NCBI GenBank assembly: GCA_043228905.1
Contig: JBHGNT010000021.1
Coordinates: forward strand, 4,216,001-4,280,000
From: Azolla caroliniana
Taxonomy: Eukaryota > Plantae > Polypodiophyta
Direction of reading: 5' to 3'
DNA length: 64,000 nt
The notes under the pieces are model-generated. The model had not been told where the DNA came from. It did no database searches and saw nothing but the letters and a program-made list of their open reading frames with translations. The position numbers and the translations under genes are program-made. Shown here piece by piece: positions 49,731-62,300 of the stretch. Each line of letters begins with the position of its first letter. The first letter of the stretch is position 1.

Positions 49731-52700
49731 TTCCTACTCTTCTGCCGCCTCTTTCACGTCGGGTTCACCAAGATGTCGGGGTTGCTACGCCCTTGCGTGT
49801 AGAAAGGAGGAGGGACCACGGGGGTCTCGAACCGAAGAGCAAGAGAGAGAGAAGTAAGAGAGAGAGACCCGATTACACAGAACCGAAGATCCGATTGCGC
49901 AGGACCGACGATTGCACAGGGACACGGCCCAACAAACAGAGATCACAAATAAACGCCGATGCAGATGGACGCAACAACGAGGGATATGTACTTATGAATG
50001 CAAGAAAATAACAGACTAAAGCATTACAACCCACGGTGGGGCACAAAATAGATACTAACGAAAACGAACAGGGCGGCGAACAGCTGCCGACCCCTGTATG
50101 TCGCGACGCACAGAAAGGGGAAACAGGTCGGAGGTGCTGCAGGACGCACTCGGGGCGTTCCACGGAACAGCGCAAGCCTCCTCGAAACCGGCACAGGTAC
50201 GCGATGGAGCAGAAGACAGAGAGAGCAGGAGTGAGAGAGAAGCTCCGAAATCGGTTCGGCAGCACTTCGTCCTCTCCGCGGGAGATGTCGGACTTCTATC
50301 CTTCCTCTTCCTTTTATAGCCCGTCAAGAGGCCGTTTGGCATTAACTGCATACCAACCGAATCTACCCACCTAGGATCCTCGTATGTACCTACTTCGTCC
50401 TTAGGTACTTCTTGGCGCGCGTGTGTGTGTAGAGCCGTTTCCCACGCCTTGTTCCTCCGATTCCTCTTGTGGGCGGTTTTCTTCACGACAGCGGAGTTCG
50501 TGACTGAAAACTCAACGAGGATGACTCGACATGCCTTGATGAAGTGGATAGAGAAGAAGAATAAGAAGATGAGCGCCTCGAGGGTGTACGACAAATTCAA
50601 CCAGATGTTTGGCCGTCTCCCCAACACGGATCAAGTGCTACTTGAAGAGGACAAGACTTTATACTTCTTAAAAGCTGTGGACATGAAGGATAGAAGAGAG
50701 TTGGGGACTCTCCTCGAAGATGATACCCAAGCGAACGGGCTTGTGGTGGACTGGGTTGTGGTGAAGCAAGCGTGCAACAAGATCGATAGACGTCATTGAT
50801 GGATTGATGGTATTGGCTTGGTAAGGCCGACCATAGAGAAAGAAAAACCATCCAAAGAAGTAGAGACGCCTAAACAACGCATGCAACATGAAAAGAAGAT
50901 TGATGATGAGTCGAGGACGATGACGACCATTTCAAAGGAGGACAAATGTTTCAGAACATGCGTCGTGTTCGAAACAAAGAATGATTATGGAGCAAGCCTA
51001 ATCGAAGCTTGCATTAAAGGAGATAAAGAGTGTGAGGTCGACATGATAGAGGATTTAGCCACTAAAATCGAGGAGGTGGCTATGAGCAAGACAACAAGAG
51101 TCGACAACGACCATGGCGAGATTTTCTCTGCAGCTGTACTAGAGACTTGGGCAGTTGCATCCTCTAACCAACGTGAGACCCAAGAGACGGGAGGTGGCGG
51201 CGAAGAACCAGAGGTCGAAGCTAAAGAGAGAAGGATAATCGAAGCTTGTTCGATCAAGAGAGTCAATGGGTGTGAGGCCCATGAGATTGAAGAGATAGCC
51301 ACGAAAAACGACATTGAGTAGGAGAGGGCTATGAACGAGTCAATGGCGATTGGTCCTGTTGAGACTTTCCTGCTGCTAACTTCAGAGACTTCGGCGGTTG
51401 CGATCGAAAGGCAACGTGAGACCGAAGAGACGGAAGATGGAGGAGAGACAACAAAGGTCAAAGCCGATGTATATGATAAAGAGATAGCCAAGAAGGAGGC
51501 TATGGACAAAACGATGGAGGATGGTAATACTAAGGAATTCGGCTCACTAACTCTAGAGACTTCGGCGGTTGTGTCCGAGAACCAACGTGAGACTGGAGAG
51601 ACGGATGGTGGCAAAAAGGAAGACAAGGACAAAGATAGTACAGACAATGACGACAACCAAATTTCCTCCACACTCTTTCCAGAGACTTGGGCAATTGCGT
51701 CTGAGAACCGATGTAAGACCGAAGAGACGGGAGGTGATGGCGAAGAACCGAAGGCCTTGAAACTAATACATACAACAAAAGACGGAAGCTGGCGGCGAGG
51801 AAGCAAAGGTCAATGCTGATTCGCACAACGACGGCAAGGAAGCAAAGATCAATGCTGATTCAAGAAACATTAAGATGGAAATGGCTAAGTGCGGCATGAG
51901 AAAGGCAAACGATGGAAATGTATGGGTCCCTCCACACTCTTTCCGGAGACTTGGGCTTTAACCGATGTAAGACCCATGAGAAGGATAGTAACGGGGAAGA
52001 AGTAAGGGTTAAAGCTGATGTGTGCAACGAAGAATTTGCGCAAAATATGGCAAGGGATGGCGGTGGCCAAGCGAGCCATGAGGATTTGACGAATGTGATC
52101 AAGACATCTATCAAAGACACTAATGTGAATGAGTCCAAGTGCCTTGAGCAAGGAGACGATCGAGACAAAGGTGGTACATTTATGAGACTTAAACGATTAT
52201 CCTCAGGAAGGGAGCAAGGGGCCATGACAACAAGTCATGGTAAAGCAAAGAAAAGACGAATGATATGGTAGATTGGCTGGCAACCATGATTTGAGTGCAA
52301 AGGAAAGGACATGCTCGACATGGAGGAGTCATGCTGATCACCATTGCCGAAATCTCACTTTCTCTCTTCTTGGCAAGTACCGAAGGACATGCGGTTTGGT
52401 GGGGATGGATGTCGTGAAGATTTTCGGCAATGGTGTGAAAATCACATAAAACGTACAAAATCAAGTGTCAATCATATAAAACAATAATAGTGAATATACT
52501 AATTCTAAGTAAGTTTAATATCTTAGTATAAAATACGAAGATCTTGAAGAGGTGCACTTTACTACATAAGAAATGGAAATCTAAGTGTCAACTTATGTGG
52601 ATAAGAAGTTGCAAAAGAAAAAGAGAAAATTATGAGATATCTCACATAGACAGGACGAATAAGGCTCTCACCATATATAAGGTGGAGCAAAAGTTATTAT

Positions 52701-54069
52701 CTTTGTGTCTATGTGTGGAGCATAGAGAGTTCAAGGTAACTTGAACTAAGAGTGGAGGTGGCCTAGCTACTTGTAAAGGTTTTGGCCAACCAAAACCGGA
52801 CCGGCGATGGAGCTAGTGATCCAGCGGCAGCCGGCAAAGCGACGGTGGCACACCGGCAACTGGTGATCCGGCGGAACCGTTATTCGACGGAGACGGAGCC
52901 GGCAAGCCGGTGGAACCGACATCCGGCGGCAGCCACCGGTAGCCGACGACAACCACCAACATCCGGCGTGCCGGCAACCGACAGTAACCGGTGACCAAAT
53001 TAATAAATAAATATCACATATATATATACAAGGAGGGCAAGTGAGGGTTCAAACCTTGCACCTCCTAGTTAAGAGTCAATAGGCTTACCACTAAGCCATG
53101 ACATTTAGTTGAATTTATATTTCTATCATTTTACTTTTACATATAAATTCTCATACATGAGAGCTAAAATAAGTGACATGGTTATCATGCACCACATGTA
53201 ATACATGAGCGCCAAATGGCAAACATGCATTTTATGCATGTCTTGAACCCTCAAATGCATGAGGGCATCTATAAAAAAAGGAATGAAAAAGATCAATGGG
53301 GGATGCTTTGATAAAAAAAAGCTTTGTACTTTAAATCAAAAATAATATTAAGAAGAAAATTCGTTATCCTTTGGACGATATACCTTGTTCTTTGTTAAGC
53401 GTTGGGATAACAACACAACCAGTCACGAATAAGAACGCATCAACAAGGACGTAGTACGAAGAGGAAACGGCAAGAGGAAAGGAAAGCAAAGAGACGGCCA
53501 AATGTGAAAGGCCCATACCCTAAACGTGAAAGCTATATAAACCACATAGTAGTGGCTTTGTGGGGGCTCTCCCATTTGTAAAGATCTCCTATTGATTAGA
53601 GCTAGAGCTTCCTCTCCTCCTTCTTGTAACCTTTGAGCTTAAGAGAGATTAGTGAAGTGTTGAGTTAGAGAACACTAATCTCTCTCCTTGTTGGTGCTAG
53701 ACCTCTTAGGAAAGAGGGTTAATAATAGACATACTCTTTCTTCTTATTGTCTATATATATTAATCTATTGTCTATGAGAGAGAGCTTGAGAGAGTGAGAG
53801 AGATATCGTGCTTAATCATTTACTAATCGTTGAGTGAGTGTGAGGCTCGGAGGTATCCGACAACCATCTCCGCCCGATTCGCCATCAAGAGGGTATACGA
53901 CGGTCCGAATCCCGCCACGACATCGAGGAGCTTACTCCATCGATACATAGATCCTTAACATCTATTTGGCGCCGCTGCCGGGGATACGACCGACGCTTGA
54001 AGCCCATTTTCGAGTGGTCAAAAACTCGGAGGCAAACCACTCAACGAAGGAAGAAATCGCAAGAGAACC

Positions 54070-54375
54070 ACCATTTTCTGTTTTTTTCATCATTTCAAAG
54101 TTTAATTAAGTCCCATTTTCTGTTTTTTCATCATTTCATAGTTTAATTAAGTCCCATTTTCTGTTTTTTTCATCATTTCAAAGTTTAATTAAGTCCCATT
54201 TTCTGTTTCTTCATCATTTCATAGTTTAATTAAGTCCCATTTTCTGTTTTTTCATCATTTCAAAGTTTAATTAAGTCCCATTTTCTGTTTTTTCATCCTT
54301 TCATAGTTTAATTAAGTTCCATTTTCTATTTTCTCATCGTTTCATAGTTTAATTAAGTTCCATTTTCTGTTTTTT
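54070..54375 (+). repeat. ~41-bp tandem repeat, ~7 copies, in the D leader
   Basis: Unit ccattttctgttttttcatcatttca(a/t)agtttaattaagtc. Confidence 0.92.
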
Positions 54376-54517
54376 CGCTCAGTTAACATTAAACATTGTG
54401 GAGGTTTAGGCCGTTACAAGGCAAGCATAATCACCGCGAGTCTCGCGGCTTACGATCACTCCACGGGTCACAAAGCGACCGTTGGCGCCAAAAAGTTTGA
54501 ATTTCCCATGCAAAGCT

Positions 54518-54706
54518 CGTCGAAGATTCAACCTTCGACGAACATTCAACCTTCGAAGAAGCTTCATCCTACGACGAAGATTCATCCTTCGACGAAGGTT
54601 CAACCTTCGACGAAGATTCATCCTTCGACGAACATTCATCTTGCGACGAACATTCATCCTTCGACGAACATTCATCCTTCGACGAAGATTCACCCTTCGA
54701 CGAACC
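54518..54706 (+). repeat. 18-bp tandem repeat, ~10 copies, in the D leader
   Basis: Unit cgacgaa(g/c)attcatcctt. Confidence 0.92.
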
Positions 54707-55086
54707 TATAAAAAAAAACTTGACCAGAAAACATGGCCGGATCCTCATGGACAGAAATGTTCAAAACCCGACCTGCACGCCTGGAGAGTCCACACAAACC
54801 GACCAAACCCACGATGCTGGCCCGCCTAACCCGACTCAGTACCATGGAGGGTGGCTAACTCCGGGGATACTACCAAACATGAACCTCCCATCGAGCCCAA
54901 GAACTAAAGCACTTCTCAATACACCCCACTACAGGAGAGCCCAATGGCAGACCCACTCAGTGTAGAACGACATATACGAGACGCAGCGCAAGAGTTACGA
55001 GTGATAAAACACGAATCAATCTATGGACGGTACAACTTGCGAAAGGAGGACAACCGGAAAGCACCACTCGAGATATCGAAGCTGCT

Positions 55087-58000
55087 TTGGCAGAAAGGAA
55101 GGATAGATTCGCACGAGTGCAACAAAAACTTCACCGCCTAGAAACATCGTCGCACATACACCGCCGAAGTCAGGAGCACAGCCCCGTACCGCGTTCGAGC
55201 ACAACGGGCGATAGCCCGAACGAAACCCGCGCACGACACCTGAAACCACCATGCATGGGCACAATCCCTACACCTGACCAAGCTACCCCTACACCTCCAA
55301 ACGCCGAACTAGCACTAGCGCTACAATCCATACAAACTCTTGTAGCATTGATGGAAAAAGAGCGAGCACCCATAGACCATCCGAGAAACCTCACAAATGA
55401 CAGTGGGAAGAGTGCTTCCATTTCTAAACTAGTACCTCGTTTCCTCGGTTTCGGCGATGCCTATGACCATGTCGAGAGGTTCAAACAGATTTGCCGCGCT
55501 TATGAACCCCTCATAGAGATCACCAAAGTAGCCGCGTTTGGACTCACACTTGACGACCAAGCCGGAATCTGGTTTCGAACCTTGAATGAAGACATCGCCT
55601 CCGATTTCGAGTACGTCATCGAGGATTTCTTGATAAACTTCGCTCGTAGAGGGAATAAATGTAACCCGATTGACCAACTTTTTGCCCTCAAACAAGAAGC
55701 AAACGAAACGGTCAGGGACTACATACGTCGCACGAAAAGCTTGCATCATCGTTGTAGTCCGAACGACAAGATGTCGGATGACAAGTTGATGAGCCGTTTC
55801 ATTAATGGGTTGTTTGATACGACACTCCAAAATTTCCTGATTGCCTGGATGTGTCAATCGTTTGCTGAAGCCTGCACAGTAGTGATGACCTTTGAAGATT
55901 CGATGAGTGGATTACACATACCCACTCACGCACCCATGAACAACCGCGAGAAATCCTCCGACCCCACCCCTGCTCTACCCACACCACCGCGAACACCCCG
56001 TATAGAAAGACCCCAAGCATACGCCCACCGAGAAAATGTAAGGTGCACGGTATGTCACGGACACCACACGGGACATGAGTGTCCCCTCCTTCATCAACGA
56101 CGGCCGCAATACTGTAAGTGGTGCAAAGCTTTCGTAATGCATACGCAAGAGAACTGCTGGCAAGCCCCCATTGGAAGGTACGGCCAAACGCCAATGGTGG
56201 AACACCCACGCTCCCCCCCCCCCCCCACTTAGCCGCCCACCACTACCAGCGATACTCCCTCAACAACCCCCACTACCGCGCATCGGTGCCCGCCTCGCTG
56301 AACTGGAGTATACCACAGATAACCAAACCCAGGTCGGAACGAGCACCCCCGAATATGAAGACCCGTACAGGGAGTATGGCATTGAAGAAGAGGTGTTATC
56401 CCATTTCGTGGATTTTGAAGGCGACCAAATACTAGTGTACGTCCTGAGAGGGGAACAACGTGGACCCCCTATGGGATACCGCAACAACAATGGTCTGAGG
56501 AGGTCAGAATTGAAATGCTTCAACTGCCAAGGCCCGCATATGGTTAGTGAGTGCCCAACCAAACATGAGTACTACAACCGGATGGCCCAACGACCACGGC
56601 ACCTCCCACTCGACACGCCCCCGCAACCATTGGCGCAAGGGCCCACCCAACAGTCACAAGACCTCATCGAATGGTTCCAAAGAGAAGCATCATGCCCAGG
56701 GTGCGGTAAAGAACACCTAGTACCTGATTGCTCAGAAAAGAAGAAGAGGGTCGGCACAAATCTGTTGTCCATTGTGCCATCCACGATCGGTGCCAATGTC
56801 ATCACACGAGCCCAACGAGTAGCGCACAATTTAAAATACCAAGATCAAGGTCTCCCCGTGACCGCGCGTAAGAGACGCAAATCTAGGAAGAATAATTCCA
56901 CGCAAACCTCAAAACAAGATCAAGAATCGGAGGGAGACACAGAAACATTACCCGTCAATCCGAATCAAGAACTACCGGCGCACCTAGCGGCATACCCAAA
57001 TCCAGTAGCTGAGAAACAAAAAGTAGAAGAATACATCAAACTCATACACCACGAACAGTTTGAAAAATCACTTAGCTTCCCTAGCTTAAACTTCGAGCAA
57101 CTAGAAGAATGGGTAAACCCCTCACCTCCCCCCTTCGTCACACCAATCGACACCCCCGTTTGCCATCCTACCTCGATCAAAGAGGTCAACACAACTCTAC
57201 TCCAACAAATCTTAAATTTAAGATTGCGACTCACATTATGCGAAGTGCAGAGCTACATTGGCACCTTCACCACTGACAACCCCCTGCTACGACCACTACT
57301 CGCCAAAGAAATAGAGTTCACGTTCGAAGAACTACTCAAACTCGACGTTCAATCGTGGCATGACGTCCTCTGACGCCTTAATGGTGGCCTATCGGCGGGA
57401 TATGGTGAAGGGATACACACCCACACTCCTCACACGTCCACAGTCCTCAAACAACCCGAAGGACCGCCAGTCGATGTCCACGAAGCCCACTTCGAGAGCG
57501 ACGACACTAGTTTCACTCTACCAGTCTGTATCAATGGTAAGACGTGTGATGCTATCATTGACACCGGAGCAGGGGTAAGTATCGTCAGTTACGAATGTTG
57601 GTGTAAGTGGGGGAGCCCAAAAATGATGCCTTCCAAGGTCAAACTACGAATGGCAGATGGGTCCATCCAAAGACCGGAAGGCATGATTCCTTCGCATCAC
57701 TTCACTATACACGGAGTGGAGTTCAATCTCACCTTCGTCGTCACAAGATCGTCCAACCATGTAGCCTACGAGTGCTTACTAGGAAGACCATTCCTACGTA
57801 TAAGCCGCCTGGTTATGGATTTTGGGAACGATATAATCTATATGCGAAAGGACAACAAAACCTTTCGCATCAAAGCGTACACACAAAAAGTGCATGAACA
57901 AGAAGGCAACCCTCTCGTAGACGATTGGTCAGAAACCACTGAGTTCGAGACCAACCTCCTAGCGTGCAACCCCACGAAGACAATTCAACTCTTGACCAGA

Positions 58001-61000
58001 GGCCAACACTTTCCTCAAAACCCCACCACTTCCAAAGAGGAGAACACATGTGAGAGAGACGACCAATCCATCACCTCCGAGACGTCAGAAATGAATTGGG
58101 TGCACGCTCTCGCCACAACCGACGCAATGTACCCTATAGGTACAAAGTGTTGTGACGAGAACGGAGAGACAATCTCGTGCTTCAACGTCACCACCCTAGG
58201 TCCCCGACGAAAAGACGTAGACGTAGAGGACGAAGAACGGGTCCAGGTGACGTCACGACCACTCAAGAGGCGGTGACGGAAGTAGACTTCCCAGAGCATT
58301 TCAAACTCTATGAACAAGGGAGTAGGGCAGTGGCTTGTAAGAGACCGCAACGCAACCCCCAAGGCCTAGGAGAAGTCTACGATGGACCGACAAGGGTGAA
58401 AGAAATCAACCTTGGGAAAGGGGCAGACTCTAAACCGGTGTTCATAGCTACAGATCTCCAACCGGACGAGGAGGCGTCCTTGATCACTCTCCTCACGGAA
58501 TTTAGCGACGTGTTTGCATGGTCGTACGTCGACATGAAGGGAGTCCCAGCCGAGGTCGTCACACATAGTATCCCCATGCGAGCCGACGCCCGCCCAATCC
58601 GGCAAAGGCCACGTCCAATGAATCCTAACTACGCCCAACAAGTGAAAGCCGAAATCAACAAAATGTTAGCTGCAGGCATTATCTACCCAATCGAACGAAC
58701 TACTTGGGTCTCCCCAATTGTGGTCGTCCCAAAGAAAAACGGTCAGATCCGCATATGTGTAGACTACCGCCAAGTTAAAGAAGCCACTATGAAGGACAAT
58801 TACCCGGTACCCTACATTGAACATTTACTCGAAAGAACCGCGGGAGCGGAAGCGTATAGCTTCATCGACGGGTTCTCCGGGTACAACCAAATCTCGGTGG
58901 TCCCTGAGGATCAACACAAGACAACTTTCGCCACGGAATTTAGTACGTTCGCGTATAAACAGATGCCTTTCGGACTCACAAGCGCCTTGAGCACCTACCA
59001 AAGAGCAGCGGACCATATCTTTGCCGCAAGGTTACGCCAAGGGGTGGAGTCTTATGTTGACGACTTATATTGCAATTCGAAATGGCATGACCACTTGGGG
59101 CTACTCCGTTTGACGTTCGAAAAATGCAAAACCTATCAACTCTCTCTCAACCCGCTCAAGTGTCAGTTCTGGGTCAAGCACGGAATAATATTAGGACACG
59201 TCGTGTCCTGCCACGGGATCTCGACCGACGAGGCAAAAGTAAAACTCATCCTCGACATGCCACCCCCCATGAACGAGAAACAACTACAAGGGTTCATGGG
59301 ATATGCGGGTTACTATAAACGCTTCATTAAGATGTTCGCGGACAAGGCTAGACCACTCTACTCCCTATTAAAGCAGTTCGTGTGGACAGAGGAATGCACA
59401 CACTCCTTCAAGCTCTTGAAAGAGTGCCTAACTAAGGCCCCCATCCTCCGGCCTCCCGACTGGACCAAAGAATTCCACGTGCACACCGACGCTTCCGCCT
59501 TCGCGATTGGTGCAGTGCTAGCCCAACCCGGTGAAGGGGCACTTGACCTACCGATCACCTTCGCTAGTCGCCAGCTAAATGCTGCAGAACGAAATTACTC
59601 CACGACGGAACGGGAGGCTTTGGCCATGGTCTACAACATAAAGAAATTCCGCCACTACCTGTTGGCGTCCCGATTCTCGTTTTTTGTAGACCATCAAGCC
59701 CTACTCTACTTAAACTCATGCCACTGGACGCATCTCACGATGGATCGTAACGTTACTCGAATTCGACTTCAAGGTAGTAGGGAGAAAAGGGAAAGACCAT
59801 GTACTCACCGATCATTTCTCCCAGATTCCCAACGGAGAAGAAGCCACTAGGGTCGATGATGAAACACCAGATGCAACATTATTTGCGATCGATACCGTAC
59901 CAGCATGGGCATCAGACATAGTTCGCGTCCTAACCGAAGGAGCGTCCTTCCTAAAACAACTACCACGAACACACGCGCGTGCCTTGCTAAAGAAATGTGG
60001 CCCCTTCACGATGCTCCGAGGCAATATGTACCGTCGGGGTAATGACGATCTACTTCGGAGGTGTATAACAAACCATGATGTCGTCATCACCCTCGAACAA
60101 GCTCATTGCGGGGGCGGAAGTGGTCATTTCAATCACGAGACCACTATGCGCAAGATCCTTCAGTCCAGCCTATGGTGGCCAACACTCTTCAAAGACACAT
60201 TCGCGTACGTACGTCGCTGTGACGAGTGCCAACGTTTCAGACACCCGCTAAAAGAGGATTTTAATACATTAAACTCGGTGGTGGCATGGCAACCATTCGA
60301 GAAATGGGGTATCGACTTTATCGGCCCAATCAGCCCAGCTTCCAACCTCAACCGATACATAATAACCGCCACCGACTACGCCACCAAGTGGGTTGAAGCG
60401 AAAGCTTGCATTAACGCCGACGCGCGTAGTATTGCCAAATTCCTATATGAAAATGTCATCGTACGGTTTGGATGTCCGCTCGAAATCATTAGTGACCAAG
60501 GCTCACATTTCCTGAACGAGGTGATAGCACATTTATTAGGCAAGTTTATGGTGACACACTGCAAAAGTTCTCCATATTACCCTCGATGCAACGGACAAGC
60601 GGAAAGCACGAATAAGGTGCTATGTGCAGTACTCACAAAGATAGTCGCTGCCTCCCGATCTGATTGGAGCACCAAACTCCAAGCAACATTATGGGCTTTC
60701 CGTACTTCCTACAAAGTCGCAACTCGCCACACACCATTCAAACTGGTGTACGGGCAAGAAGCAGTATTACCCATCGAGTTCCTTGTCCCCAGCCTCAGGA
60801 TCGCCGTACAGGAACGATGGGAAGGGGACCCCCTCCCGTCATGCCTAGAGAACCTAGAACGACTGACAGAAACTCGCCTTCTCGCATTCCAGGCACTCTT
60901 GGTAGAGAAAGCCAATAGAAAGGTGTGGCACGACAATAAAGTCAAGAACAAAGACCTCGCGGAAGGCGACATGGCCCTCAAATTCTCCTCTCAACGACAC

Positions 61001-61837
61001 AAGAAGAAGTTGAAGCTACGGGGCGAAGGCCCGTATGTGGTTTCGGAGGTTACCAAGACAGGAGCATGTCGCCTATGCACGATCGAAGGTTTTGACATCC
61101 CCTGGTTCATTAATGGGAGCAAGTGCAAACGTTACTATGGACCCCTCACACTCGAGGCTCTACTCACGGCTCGGCAACGAGAGGTAGAGGCCAAACTTAA
61201 AGCCTCCAAAGGCCGAATGGCCCAGCTCGAAACCGACCTGCGCAACACGCAAGCGAAATTGAAGCGACAAGGACACGCCCATCCGACAGCCATGGCTCGG
61301 GCGGCCAACTCTAATGATGGGACAATACAACTACAATGCTGTGTCGACGACATGCCTTTGACGGCGGTAATCGACACAGGAGCATCGCTAACCCTTTTCT
61401 CCTTTGAAACATGGAGACGTCTAGGTTGCCCAAACCTTGAAGTGTGCAACGACAACTTCTGTGGCTTCGATGGGTCTATGTCATGTTGCCTAGGAATCTT
61501 CGGGTGTAACATCAAGATAGAATACAGCGCGCACTTAATCCAAGTTCGGGTACTCCCACCCGGAGTGATGCATACACAATGCCTCCTCGGTTTAGATTGG
61601 TGTCGCATAAGCGAATGTCTCCTATCACCCAGCAAACACATCGTCTCTTTTCAAACAGGAGGTGGACTGAAGTCCGAGGACCTCCTCGCAACAACACTCG
61701 AATCACATCTCGTTGTCCTCGCTGACCCCCAAAGTGTGGAGCTACCAAACAAGCAACACACCGACACCCACTGGCCGCCCATAGCCAACGTGACACTAAC
61801 AATAGAACACAAACACCCAAACTACGAGAATGGGTGA
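55087..61837 (+). pseudogene. Element D gag-pol: Gag (4 knuckles)-PR-RT-RH-IN-second PR, with several lesions
   Basis: Retrotrans_gag-like region, PR1 AIIDTGAG (57560), RT (ICVDYR, DGFSGYNQI, YVDD), RH (TDAS, TEREAL), IN (WGIDFIGP, ISDQG, NGQAE, GPY), PR2 VIDTGAS (61373). Frameshifts at ~56220, ~58200-58270 and ~59710; in-frame TGA at 57371-57373. Confidence 0.9.
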
Positions 61838-62300
61838 ACGTCCACGCTGTGTTCGCTGAAGGCCCACGCTACGGAGAACGTGCGGTATGGCGAGTCAGGA
61901 AAATACTCACAACCGCACAAGGTTGGCACAATGGCGCCACTAGCTTCTGGGTCCCGAAACAAAGCCGACTCCCCAGTCTCGATCATACCATGCCTGCAGG
62001 GGACATCGATGAACCCCAAGACGCGGAGTCGCTCAACCAAACCGAACGCCAACACCCACTGGCCACCCAAGACTAGCGCGACGTTGATGTCAAAACACGG
62101 ACACCCAAACCACGGGAATGGGTGAATGTTCACGTTGTTTTTGCGGACGGGCAACGTTGTGGAGAATCCGCCATTTGGTGAGTCAAAAAGACACTCACAA
62201 CAGCACAAGGTTGGTACAAAGGTGCCACTAGCTTTTGGGTCCCGAAACGAAGCCGACTCCCCAGTCGCGATCATACCACGCTTGCAGGGGACACCCAAAA
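61760..62300 (+). repeat. ~288-bp diverged tandem duplication at the end of and after D pol
   Basis: acacccactggcc...gaatgggtgaa...caaggttgg...gccgactccccagtc occurs twice. Confidence 0.85.

Larger units (their letters stand above)
43327..50490 (-). mobile_element. Intact, very young Ty3/gypsy element C (7164 bp)
   Basis: 717-bp LTRs 43327-44043 and 49774-50490 (one mismatch seen by eye), 4-bp TSD GCGG, tRNA-Trp PBS 49754-49770, PPT 44044-44057. Confidence 0.97.
43008..51819 (+). pseudogene. Element B gag ORF (43008-43326 + 50495-51819), split by C, with two in-frame stops
   Basis: Removing C and one TSD restores ...EFEKTILAEFVTENS.... The same frame continues through the stops at 50797 and 51319 into E/T/D-rich repeats. 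Confidence 0.8.
41779..53392 (+). mobile_element. Non-autonomous gypsy-type element B (gag + acidic repeat extension, no pol), hosting C and D
   Basis: 5' LTR 41779-42940, tRNA-Trp PBS 42949-42965, PPT ending at 52409. The 3' LTR starts at 52410 and is cut at 53392 by D. Confidence 0.9.

Noticed and set aside
44197-49857. Many overlapping antisense and alternative-frame ORFs (up to 311 aa) in element C
   Set aside because: Expected by-product of high GC coding sequence; no motifs.
54070-54706. CRISPR-like regular repeats and the repetitive MNLRRR ORF
   Set aside because: Head-to-tail tandem units with no unique spacers, no cas genes, eukaryotic TE context.
57371-57373. In-frame TGA between D gag and protease as programmed readthrough
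   Set aside because: Equally explained by CGA>TGA deamination in an element with other lesions; needs family comparison.
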